NCBI GenBank assembly: GCA_951406725.2
Contig: OX597829.1
Span: 28,272,001-28,336,000 of the forward strand
Source of the DNA: Octopus vulgaris
Lineage: Eukaryota
DNA: 64,000 nt
Direction of reading: 5' to 3'
Both the position numbers and the translations under genes were made by a program. The first letter of the stretch is position 1. Each line of letters begins with the position of its first letter. The notes beneath the pieces are model-generated. The model had not been told where the DNA came from. It searched no databases and saw only the letters and a program-made list of their open reading frames with translations. Positions 26,058 through 37,411 of this stretch are shown piece by piece.

Positions 26058-26790
26058 ATGAGGGGTGCTGAAAAGTTACTGGTTTTCAGGGTATCATAAA
26101 AGACCTGGCTGGAGGCCCAACTTTCCAAGTATTTTTACAGGGCTTTAGAAAAACAGAAGGTCTGCTGCAATGTGTGAATCTGAGAGGGGAATATCTATAT
26201 ATATAAAACTGTAGTTGTGTGAGTGTCTGTCCCCTTCGATTTAGATTCCTAACTACTCCCACATTTTGCGGTGCAGTTTAACCAAATTCGGGTATCTTAT
26301 AGTCGTGATTAATATCGAGCCCGTCTGGCTATTAACGCGCGTCTACGATGAGTCTACGATTTAAAAAATAATTTAACATCATTTTTTATTCCATTTTAAT
26401 GCATAATTTTTCGTGTGTCGATGGCGGTGGAGTTGGCGTCCACGCTCAAACACCTGCACCTGTGTTTGCTTCTCCTCCTTCTTCCCTCCCTCGTGAAGCT
26501 GTGGGGAAGGGAGTGTAAGGAAATCAATGTCGTAAAGCGTTGTCAAGGAGACCAGCGTTCTTTTAGAACGACTTCATGGCTTGAAGACACCAAAACAGAA
26601 ATGGCTAAGAAAGCCCGAATTGGCATCTATAAAGGAAGTAACTCTCTAAAAATGCTTATATAGTTATTTCCCTTACAAACCCGAGCAACGTCGGGCAATA
26701 CTGCTAGTATTGAATAAAATCATAAGTAACTGAACCTCTTCCTGCAGTTTGTTTTACCCAAAGCCAGGAACTTTTCAGCACCCCCTTGTA
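26058..26790. mobile_element. Mariner-type MITE interrupted by a Helitron; related copies at about 51297-51478 and 56245-56449
   Basis: TIRs GAGGGGTGCTGAAAAGTTACTGG and CCAGGAACTTTTCAGCACCCCCTTG with TA flanks. Confidence 0.8.
26194..26707 (+). mobile_element. Non-autonomous Helitron
   Basis: 5' TC, subterminal hairpin CCCGAGCAACGTCGGG, 3' CTAG; inserted between A and T with no TSD. Confidence 0.88.
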
Positions 26791-27176
26791 TATGTACATA
26801 TATATATATAAGCATACTTACATATAATATATATGCATATATACAACATATATGCATGCATATACACACATACACACACATACATATATACTATATATAA
26901 ACCATGAGATAAACATGGAATGAAAAAATCGTATAAATAAATAAAAGCATGTTAAAAATAAATAAATAAAAGCATGTTAAAAACTATCCTGTACCGAATA
27001 TTTAAATTCGTGAACTTTGTAAATATTTCTTTCAATAATTTATCGTAGTTGTTTATAAATAGCGAACATTAAAATAGAGAGACTGAGAGTCTTCGCCGAT
27101 TTCATGTCGATACAGAAGTTGACATTGAGAAGCTTTTTTAAAGAAGCGAACCATAAATATAAAGCAATATTTTTTA

Positions 27177-27419
27177 TCTTTATATATAAAACTGAAGTTG
27201 TGTGTGTGAGTGTCTGTCTACTTCGATTTAGATTCCTAACTACTCCCACATTTTGCAGTTCAGTTTAACCAAAAGTGGGTATCTTATAGTCGTGATTCAT
27301 ATTGAGCCCTTCTGGGTATTAGCGCGCGTCTACGATGAGTCTATGATTAAAAAAAAAAATTACCATCATTTTTCCGCATTTCCCTTACAAACCCGAGCAA
27401 CGCCGGGTGATACTGCTAG
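27177..27419 (+). mobile_element. Non-autonomous Helitron, shorter copy of the same family
   Basis: Same 5' TC...TATATAAAACTG start, hairpin CCCGAGCAACGCCGGG, CTAG end, A|T site. Confidence 0.88.
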
Positions 27420-27599
27420 TTTTTAATAAAAAAAAACTAAATGAAAACCCTATTACCTATTATATGTCAGAGGTCAAATTATTCATGCATCACAAGTAAT
27501 GAAGTAATTGGTGAAGCCATTTTCATGTGAAAAGTGAATACACATACATCTCTAGTGTATAAATTAGATATATATATATATAAATTTATATTTACATAC

Positions 27600-28500
27600 A
27601 CATATGATGATGGCTATCCACTCATGATTGAGGAAGACCATCTCTGACCATTAAGAACATTGTGCACCCAGACAAATTCATATTCTACACTAGTGGCTCT
27701 GTTTGTGACTAATGAGCCCAACTCTTGAGAAACATAAAGGTCCACAAATATTGCAGACCAAGCTTACTCTATTAACTACACTGGTGGTGCATTTTTGAGC
27801 AGCTCGCTTAAATTCTGCCTGAAAAATGCGTGCCTTTTTTTTCCTTCAAAAATACCCACTTTTTCTTTTACTTGTTTCTTCCATTGGTGACAATGATATG
27901 TGTTGCCTTCTCAATTGACCTCCCATATTTCACTTTCCATCAATGAGTGCTTTACACAATTCTTAAATCATAGTCTTGGTTTCTTCGGGGGGGGGGGGGG
28001 GGGTACTTTCCACAAACAAGTTTGCCATGTATCTGCATCTGCATAGAGATCCTCCAATCATAAGCCCAATCAAGGTGACCAGTCAGTGTATACAGTGCAC
28101 ATACCATCACCTCAATACTCAGAATGGATGTTGGCTCCTCTCAAGGCCTCTGTACCTGGAATCTGCAAGGACCAGCCAACATTCAGAATGTATGTCTGAT
28201 GAAAGCATTCAAGGACCTTTATGTAATGCTTATAAAGGGTTCATATCTCACATGGGCAAAGAAACAACATCAGCACACATATATAGTACATAGTGATGAT
28301 TTATTGGGAATAGACACAAGATTCAAGAACCCTGAAGGAATTGGTTACTTTCTGAAGCCTTAAAGATATTTCACCTTCTGGGGAGTGAGAATGGCTGAAT
28401 GTGCTGCCCAGATAGACAAACTTGCCAACCACTTGCAATACTATTACTTCAACTAAGATAGATGGTTTCATATATGGATTTCCTGATGCAAGCTGGAACA
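27600..28500 (-). mobile_element. Old decayed RTE (BovB-like) LINE fragments
   Basis: LQVVGKFVYLGSTFS...EGEISLRLQKVTNSFRVL resembles the RTE post-RT motif LEVVDKFxYLGS...EIxxRIxKAxxAFxxL. Confidence 0.6.
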
Positions 28501-28712
28501 TATGCATATACACATATACAAACATATACATACATACAGACAAAGTGGAACCAAAGAAGTCAGTTGATCAGAGACAAAATCACAATGGCTACTTAGGATC
28601 AGACCTACTACAATGGTCAGTAATCCACTACATTTATCACAAAGCCATTTTACCTCCTTAATCTCAATCTCCTAATGACAAGTGTAGTGTTTTTATATAT
28701 TTGTATATATAT

Positions 28713-31590
28713 ATCATCATCATCATCATCATCGTTTAACGTCCGCTTTCCATGCTAGCATGGGTTGGACGGTTCAACTGGGGTCTGGCAAGCCCGAAGG
28801 CTGCACCAGGCCAGTCAGATCTGGCAGTGTTTCTACAGCTGGATGCCCTTCCTAACGCCAACCACTCCGAGAGTGTAGTGGGTGATTTTATGTGCCACCG
28901 ACACAGGTGCCAGACGAGGCTGGCAGACGGCCACACTCGGATGGTGTTTTTTATGTGCCACCGACACAGGTGCCAGACGAGGCTGGCTGACGGCCACGCT
29001 CGGATGGTGTTTTCTTATGTGTCACCGACACAGGTGCGAGACGGGGCTGGCGGACGGTCACGCTCGGATGGTGTTTGTTACGTGCCCTCAGCACGGAGGC
29101 CAGTCGTTGCGGTACTGGCTACGATCACGTTCGGATGGTTTTCTTATGTGCCACCGGCACTGGTACCACAAGGATACAAATTTCATTGATGTTCATCTAT
29201 TTTGATTTGGTTCGATTTGATTTGATTTGATTCGATTCGATTCTCACTTGCCTCAACAGGTCTTCACAAGTGTCACAAGAAGGAAGGTATGCACAGGTGG
29301 ACTGACTACGTCCCAGGTAGGGGCCACGGATTATGGCTTCACTAGTCTTGCCGGGTCTTCTCACGCACAGCATACTTCCATAGGTCTCGGTCTCTAGTCA
29401 TTTCCATGGTGAGACCTAACGTCCGAAGGTCGTGCTTCACCACTTCGTCCCAGGTTTTCCTGGGTCTACCTCTTCCACGGGTTCCCTCAACTGCTAGGGA
29501 TTGGCACTTTCTCACACACCTATCTTCGTCCATTCTCGCCACATGACCATACCAGCGCAATCGTCTCTCTTGCACACAACAACTGATGCTTCTTAGGTAC
29601 AACATTTCTCTCAAGGTACTAACGCTCTGTCGAGTAAGTACACTGACATTACACATCCATCGGAGCATACTGGCTTCATTCCTCACAAGCTTACGCATGT
29701 CCTCAGCAGTCACGGCCCATGTTTCACTGCCATGTAGCATAGCTGTTCGTACACATGCATCATACAGTCTGCCTTTTACTCTGAGCGAGAGGCCTTTAGT
29801 CACCAGCAGAGGTAAGAGCTCCCTAAACTTTGCCCAGGCTATTCTTATTCTAGCAGTTACACTTTCAGCGCACCCGCCCCCACTACTGACTTGGTCACCT
29901 AGATAGCGGAAGCTATCAACTACTTCTAGTTTTTCCCCCGGAAAGTGACGGAAGTTGTTTTCTGCAGATTTTCGGAGGTCAATGCTCCAGAGCATCTGCC
30001 ACATACAAAAACTATCTTCCCATTTAGCCTACCTTTGACATTGCTGCACCTCTTATGTGTCCATAGCTTACACTGGGTACATCTTATAGAGTTTCTACCT
30101 ACACCTTTTCTACAGATCGAGCAGGGCCATCTTCCTGAGGATATTTGTGGATTTTCTAACTTTCTACTTATTAGTACTTTGGTTTTAGCTAGGTTGACTC
30201 TAAGGCCCCTCGATTCTAAACCCTCCTTCCACACCTGGAACTTCTCCTCCAGTTCTGATAGTGACTCAGCGATTAGAGCGAGGTCGTCAGCATAGAGGAG
30301 CTCCCAGGGGCAACCTGTCTTGAATTCCTCCACAATTGCCTGGAGGACTATGATAAATAGGAGGGGGCTGAGTACTGAACCCTGGTGGACCCCAACCTCT
30401 ACCTTGAATTCTTCTGTGTACATGCTGCCAACTCTAACCTTACTTACGGCATCTCTGTACATGGCTTGCACAGCCCTCACCAGCCATTCATCTATCCCTA
30501 GTTTCCTCATTGACCATCAGATGAGGGAACGGGGGACCCTATCAAAGGCTTTCTCCATGTCAACGAAAGCCAGGTACAGGGGCTTATCTTTGGCTAGGTA
30601 TTTCTCCTGCAGCTGCCTTACCAGGAATATAGCATCAGTGGTGCTTTTCCCTGGGACAAACCCAAACTGCATCTCATCTAAACTAACTCTCTCTCTAATT
30701 AGTTGGGCTATGACCCTCTCCGTAACCTTCATTACCTGATCCAACAGCTTGATACCTCTGTAATTATTTGTATCCAGGGCATCACCTTTACCTTTGTAGC
30801 AGTTGACTAGTATGCTGCTACACCAGTCATTGGGTATGACTCCTTCGTGTATCACCTGGTTGACTATACGGGTGACTAGGTTATAGCCGACACTGCCAGA
30901 TATTTTGAGCATCTCTGCAGTAATTCCTGATGGGCCTGGGGCTTTCCCTGTCTTCATGCTTCTAATTGCCTTAGCTACCACGGAACTATCAACTCGGATA
31001 GCTGGTCCCTCTGTTGGGTCAACATTCGGCAGACTCTCTTTATCCCATTCATTTTCTTTATTCAGCAACCTTTCATAGTGGCATCTCCAAACCTCTCTCT
31101 TTGCATCCTCATTTAGCGCAAGTGAACCATCATCCATGCGAACACACTTCTCTCCTACCACATCACGATTCTCTCTCACACACTGTCTTGCAACACGAAA
31201 TACCTCAAGTCTTTCATCCTCACGGCTCAGAACATTGGCAAATTTTTTCTTATCCGCTTCCCCTCTGGCTAAATAAACCTGTCTCCTAGCTTCCCTTTTG
31301 GCTGTCTGATACAATTCCCTGCTACCACCGTTCTTCCAGTCCTTCCAAGCCTGTCTCTTTTGTCTAATAGCCCTGTCAACCACAGTGTTCCACCACCATG
31401 TTACTCTGGGTCGAGATGGTACTTTGCTCCATCCACAGATCTGGTCAGTGGCTGTCAGCAGATTGTCCCGTAGGAATCTCCAGTTGTCTTCCACATTAAG
31501 TGAAGCTATATCCCCTTCTATTTCGTCAGAGGCTTCGAGTAGTATGTCTCTAAATCTCTGTCCATTTGCAGGATCTTTAAGCTTCCAGAC
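28713..31590 (-). mobile_element. 5'-truncated RTE-clade LINE (RT, PHD-like finger, 3' UTR, (ATG)n tail)
   Basis: ORFs 30517-31494, 29926-30510 and 29342-30004 join into one RT-bearing ORF (KAPGPSGI, QFGFVPGKSTTDAIF, AFVDMEKAFD, GVHQGSVLSP, YADD, FRYLG). It is broken by one TGA (30519-30517) and a 1-bp deletion near 29940. No endonuclease domain is present. Confidence 0.93.
28885..29165. repeat. Tandem repeats of about 60 bp in the LINE 3' UTR
   Basis: About 4.5 units of TTATGTGCCACCGACACAGGTGCCAGACGAGGCTGGCAGACGGCCACACTCGGATGGTGTT. Related arrays at about 38510-38830 and 61075-61240. Confidence 0.85.
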
Positions 31591-32570
31591 CCTTGTCCAA
31601 AATCACACATAGGAGTGAATGGTGAAGGAGAAAGAGAAAATAGTAATTCAGTGAAGGAAAAGTAGTGTGAGTGGTAGCCATGACCGAGAGGGAGTGAGAG
31701 AAAGTAACAGCAATGAGAGGGAGGAAGTGGCAAAGAGAGCACCATGTATCTTCTATGATAATAATCTACTATAATAATATTCTTGTGTATTTCTCCATCA
31801 CAACATATGAATGAGAAAGGAAGGGGTGAGATCCACCAACAGAAGTGGGATGGTGAAAAGTCAACAGTGAAACAAAAATCAAACAGCACTCAAGCTTTGT
31901 GTGAGTATATGTGTGTGCATGTGTTTAAAAGGGAGGAATGAGAATGTGTGTGTGTGTGTTTGTGTAAAATATATTTATATATGAGTGAGTGTATGTGTAT
32001 TTGAGTGAGTATATGTGTTTGTGTATGTTTATTTAGAAAGATAAATAGAAAATAGAATTACAGACACATGCACATTTACACATACATACATACATATATA
32101 TAAACAGACACACTTAAATAGGAAGAAAGCAAGCTGTGTAAAAGTATAGAAAACTGTATTTGCAACAGACTGTGCAACTCACACATATATATGTATACAC
32201 ACACACTCACACAGAGTTGAAGTACTGTTTGATTTTTTTTTCAACTTTTTGTACCCTTTTTATATATAAAATACTACTATAAGCCATCATTTTTGTCAGC
32301 ACAGGACCAGCTATTACATAATTATCTCCTGTTGTTAATGAACTCAGGAATTCTGGTCCTTATTATCATTTCAACCATAATATTCTATATGTTGAAAAAA
32401 TAATTTTTGAATTTTAAATGTTTTAGAATATCCACCCCCCACCACACACAAACTTTTTCCTCTAGCTGGATACTTTTCCCAGAATAAACCTTCTATTATT
32501 TGACTGAACTCGACACCCTAACTACTGAGCCATGCACTTCAATCATGAGGTATTGAGTTCAATTATGCAA

Positions 32571-32800
32571 GGCGGCGAGCTGGCAGAAACGTTAGCATGC
32601 CGGGCGAAATGCTTAGCGGTATTTCGTCTGCGTTATGTTGTGAGTTCGAATTCCGCCGAGGTCGACTTTGCCTTTCATCCTTTCGGGGTCAATAAATTAA
32701 GTACCAGTTACACACTGGGGTCGATGTAATCGACTTAATACCTATGTCTGTCCTTGTTTGTCCCCTCTGTGTTTAGCCCCTTGTGGGTAGTAAAGAAATA
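32571..32800 (+). mobile_element. tRNA-derived SINE, family B; other copies at about 50-210(-), 16075-16270(-), 23968-24192(+), 24630-24835(+), 36640-36825(-) and 55875-56070(-)
   Basis: Head GGCGGCGAGCTGGCAGAA...GAGTTCGAATTCC and conserved core GTCGACTTTGCCTTTCATCCTTTCGGGGTC recur throughout the window. Confidence 0.85.
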
Positions 32801-33377
32801 GGTATTGAGTTCAATTCTTAGACTGGGGTGTGCGTTTATTTCACGTTGCTACAGTTCACTCAGCTGTAGAAATGAGTTGTGACATCACTGGTGCCAAGCT
32901 GTAGCGGCCTTTGCCTTTCCCTTGGATAACATCAGTGGCTTGGAGAGGAGAGGCTGATATGAATGGGCAACTGCTGGTCTTCCATAAAAAACAACCTTGC
33001 CTGAACTTGTGCTTCCGAGGGGAACTTTCTAGAGCAATCCCATGGTCATTCATGACCGAAGGGGATCTTTACCCTTTATCCTTTTACTTGACCGAGATGT
33101 ATATCTTTATCAGTCAGTTCAACTACAGAAAGTGGGGTACTGTTTCTAAGTAAGGACACAATATGTTTATTGTTTGAATTTATGATCTTGCAACCAACAG
33201 CTCACATATTAACCATGTTGTGAATGCCTTGGCTCAAAGTACAACATCAGGGATGAGAATACTAACACATTTATAGAGGTCAGTTAACAACATATCTATT
33301 TGGTCATTAATACAAATTTATTGAAAATTTTCAAGTAATGCTCACAATAGTAAAATATTAAAAAAAGAAAAAGATGT

Positions 33378-33791
33378 AGGCATAGGAGTGGCTGTGTGGT
33401 AAGTAGCTTGCTTACCAACCACATGGTTCCAGGTTCAGTCCCACTGCGTGGCACCTTGGGCAAGTGTCTTCTACTATAGCCTCGGGCCGACCAAAGCCTT
33501 GTGATTGGATTTGGTAACGGAAACTGAAAGAAGTCCGTCATATATATGTATATATATGTATGTGTGTGTGTATACATTTGTATACCTGTGTTTGTCCCCC
33601 CAACACCGCTTGACAACCGATGCTGGTGTGTTCACGTCCCTGTAACTTAGCGATTCAGCAAAAGAGACCAATAGAATAAGTACTAGGCTTACAAAGAATA
33701 AGCCCTGGTGTCGATTTGCTCGACTAAAAGCGGTGCTCCAGCATGGCTGCAGTCAAATAACTGAAACAAGTAAAAAGAGAGAAAAAAGAGT
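33378..33791 (+). mobile_element. tRNA-derived SINE, family A, ending about 10 bp from an ILK splice donor
   Basis: Full-length copy; its tail abuts the donor at 33801. Confidence 0.85.
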
Positions 33792-33801
33792 ATGTATTTA
33801 C

Positions 33802-33967
33802 CCTCATAGCAATTTCTTTTTGCCCATGACTACAAGCAAGATGTAGAGCAGTATCATCACCCATGTTTGTGGCATTGATACGTGCTCCTCGTGCAATCAG
33901 CATATCCACAATATTGAGGCGGCCCTCCTTTGCAGCCCAATGCAAAAGACTAAATCGATGGTCATCT
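33802..33967 (-). CDS. ILK: ILK coding exon (ankyrin repeats): (G)[55 protein letters not shown]
   Basis: Polypyrimidine tract plus TAG acceptor (33970-33968) and GTAAAT donor; 166 nt. Translation closely matches the ILK ankyrin region DDHGFSPLHWACREG...GARIN..N.GDDTPLHLAASHG. Confidence 0.96.
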
Positions 33968-36003
33968 CTAGAGGGAAAGAAAAAAAAATCATATGTTATC
34001 ACACAAATTTCATCACAGGAAGTTATCAAATAAATATACAAATACAATTCATTCTGGAACACTGTTTGTTAACTCAATAGGTCGTTATATGAATAATTGA
34101 AATACATATAAATTGGGGTAATTTGTTCTAAGCCACACCTAAACTCCTTATACAAAGCATGACATGATGTTTTATTTCTCCATCCATCAATTATGAATAC
34201 ATAAATATATAGATATGTGTGAGTATTTATTATTTTTTTTATTTATGCGCCCTTTTCAAGCTTAGCCAGGCTCATGGGCCCGGTTTCTGTGGCATATGTG
34301 TTCCCCCCAGAAGGACGGGACGCCAGTCCATTGCAGCGTTACTCAACAAACAGGAAGAAAGAGTAAGAGAAAGTTGGGGCGAAAGAGTACAACAGGGGTT
34401 GCCACCACCCCCAACAGGAGCCTTGTGGAGCTTTAGGCGTTTTCGCTCAATAAACACACAAAACGCCCGTTCTGAGAATCAAAACCGTGATCCTCCGACC
34501 GCGAGTCCGCTTTTGTCAATCCATGGTTATGTTTTTAGCAAAAGATTGTGAGAAATATTGATATTTTCTATACAACCAATGAAATTTGCAACCATGAAGC
34601 GCAAACATGGACATAAACAATCATCTGTACATGTTCCCTTAGTCACTTAAATGTATAATCTATTTGTAATTTGTTGTTCAAATTTCAGTTCATTGGCTGA
34701 ATATAACTTTCTTCAGAAAAATTGTCTGCTACACCATTCATTTAGCATACCATTTACAGATGCTCTCCTAGCACTTATGATGCATGTGCTTAGTCTACTC
34801 ATGGTTTGTTGTTCAAATTTCAACTCGCTAAGTGAATGGTCTCCCAGTCACTTGTACATATGTGTAGTCTGCGCTACATTGATCGGATTTCAGCTTATTA
34901 TGCGAAGTTAATTTTCTTCTGAAAATCTTTTTGTTACACAATTTGTTCATTTAGAGAAACCTATATACATAGATGCCTCATCATATTACATATGAATTTC
35001 TAAAAACTAAGCCAAAATATTTTGGAGCTGCATTTGTCTTAATGGCTTGCTTGATCAGAGACAGTGCTGAAACTGAATAAACTACAAACATGGAAGAACT
35101 GTTCTAACCATTTGTCTTCCTTGAGTTGTTACAACCAAAATACGTTTCACCAGATCACATCAACAACCTCTGTTCCCCCACCCCACTCCCCATTAGCTGT
35201 GCTCAGCCCTTAATTTCATGTTATGTATCTTTGCCAATGATATCAATGTACTTTCACACACATACACAGCAGCAGCATGGTTAAGAAATCACTTCCAGCC
35301 ATGTGATTTTGAGTTCAGTCTCACTGAACTCTAAGCATGGCACTTTAAGCAAGTGTCTTCTAATATAGCTCTGGACTAATCAAAGACTTATTAACAGATT
35401 TGGTTTGTGAAAACTGAAAGAAGCCTGTTATACATATGTGTGTATGTGAACACTATATAACTATAATAATATGAAAGTAAAAATGCATAAAACTAAATGC
35501 ACTAATCCCCTAAGAACCTTCTCTCAAAATGTAACAGTGAAAAACATGTTAATGTGAAACTTATCTTCACTGCAGAGAATATAATTCGCAAGTATGATTG
35601 ATGAAAAAGTAAATATATATTTTTTAGAGTTATTTTTTTAAGAGTTGTCCCCAAAGGTGGGTCCAGAGGTTAGGAGATTAGCATGTGACAATATATTCAG
35701 TTTTAAATTTTTGCACCTTCTTTTAGTTGAAAGACTTTAAGAACGTTTCTAAATTTATAACTTGTTTCTAGTGAATAAACATTGGTGTGCCATGAAGGTT
35801 TAGGAGTCAAACAGTTATTAATATCATATTAATATATTATTAATGGTAGTAGTCTTTTAAGAATTTATTTGGAATCATTAACAGGTGATTTCTGCTAATC
35901 TGGCAAAGCAGATAACCCGACACAATTACAGAAACTAAGATTACAAGAAAATTGGTGATGCACATGTGAATACACACACACACACACACACACACATACA
36001 GAG

Positions 36004-36069
<66 letters not shown>

Positions 36070-36425
36070 TAACCGTAAGGCTCTGATTTCCAGTACTCGA
36101 GTTGCTTGTTTCTGATCATCAGCTGGTGAACTGGGCTTGGTTTCTTTTGAATGAAATGACAGTATGATTTACTGAAGAACTTATTCAAAATAATCATCTG
36201 AAGAAACATATTTCACACCTTTGTTGAACAATAGTGATTAAGCAATATGTTAATCATATCCATCTCATTAATGAACAACAGGTGTAGAAACAATTGTAGT
36301 GTTTGGAATAAAGAATGTTGTTCAGTCCATTTTCTCTATTCTTTTTATATAAACTTGATGAGTAATATGGATTCCATACACACACACACATATATATACA
36401 TACATATATAAACACACATACACAC

Positions 36426-36474
<49 letters not shown>

Positions 36475-37371
36475 CACACAGATATATTAGGAGTGAAATT
36501 TATGGTACTGCATTAAATACTTTAATCCCAATACACATAAAGTTAATATGAATATAAATGAACTGATAATATTATAATATACCATTAATGTAAACCAACC
36601 ACATTTTTTCAAACAAAGTATCAAAAATGATACTAGTTTCAAATTTTGGCACAAGGCCAGCAATTTGAGGGGAGGGACTAAGTTTCCAGTGACTAACTAG
36701 TACTTATTTTATCGACCCTGTGAGGATAAAAGGTAAAGTCAACCTTGGCAGAATTTGAACTGAAAACATAGAGATGAACAAAATGCCACCGAACATTTTA
36801 CCAGGCACAGTAATGATTCTGCCTTTAGTATCAATAGTAATATTAAACACCATACCATAAATTCCAATCTTTGACTAAATGTATTATACTCTGCAAGCAA
36901 TTTACTTGACCTGGATTTTCAGTTTGTACAGATATTTTTCTTCTTTTAAGATAAACCATCTACAGATATACCCCCTGTTAGCTGGTATTCACATGAGTAC
37001 TGACTGAAGATCTACCTCAGATTTTTAACTCCTTTTTATCTGATATACATACCTTGTGCGCACATGTGTCTGTCTGTCTATCTATCTATCTACACATTAT
37101 AACAATTTACTCTTTCAATTTCTCAGAGCATCAAACTAATAATAATTTCTATTGTGAACTTGTTTTATCTTGTCTTTATTATTTTTACTTCTTCACAAAC
37201 ATGTATACACAAGCACACACATTCATACATATGCACACACACACACACGAGAGACTGATGCAAAAAGAAACACAAGAGAGAAAAGGAGAGATATTTCTAT
37301 GTTTATGTGTGTGTGTGAGAAGAAAGAGAGAGGATAGACATATTTAATAGGTGTGTCATAAGAAATTGAAG

Positions 37372-37411
<40 letters not shown>

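Noticed and set aside
28885-29165. Repeat array superficially like a CRISPR (also 38510-38830)
   Set aside because: Whole units are homologous with no unique spacers, there are no cas genes, and the array is part of a eukaryotic LINE 3' UTR.
30517-30519. TGA at a probable Trp codon of the RTE ORF that A-to-I editing could restore
   Set aside because: The copy also has a frameshift and lacks its 5' end and endonuclease, so an ordinary G-to-A mutation is the simpler explanation.
36074-36197. Possible extra minus-strand exon (TTTCTTCAG acceptor, CG|GTTATA donor, protein-like SKETKPSSPADDQKQATRVLEIRALR in phase with the next ILK exon)
   Set aside because: That frame has a TAA upstream and no ATG, the donor is weak, and there is no ILK similarity. 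It needs RNA evidence.
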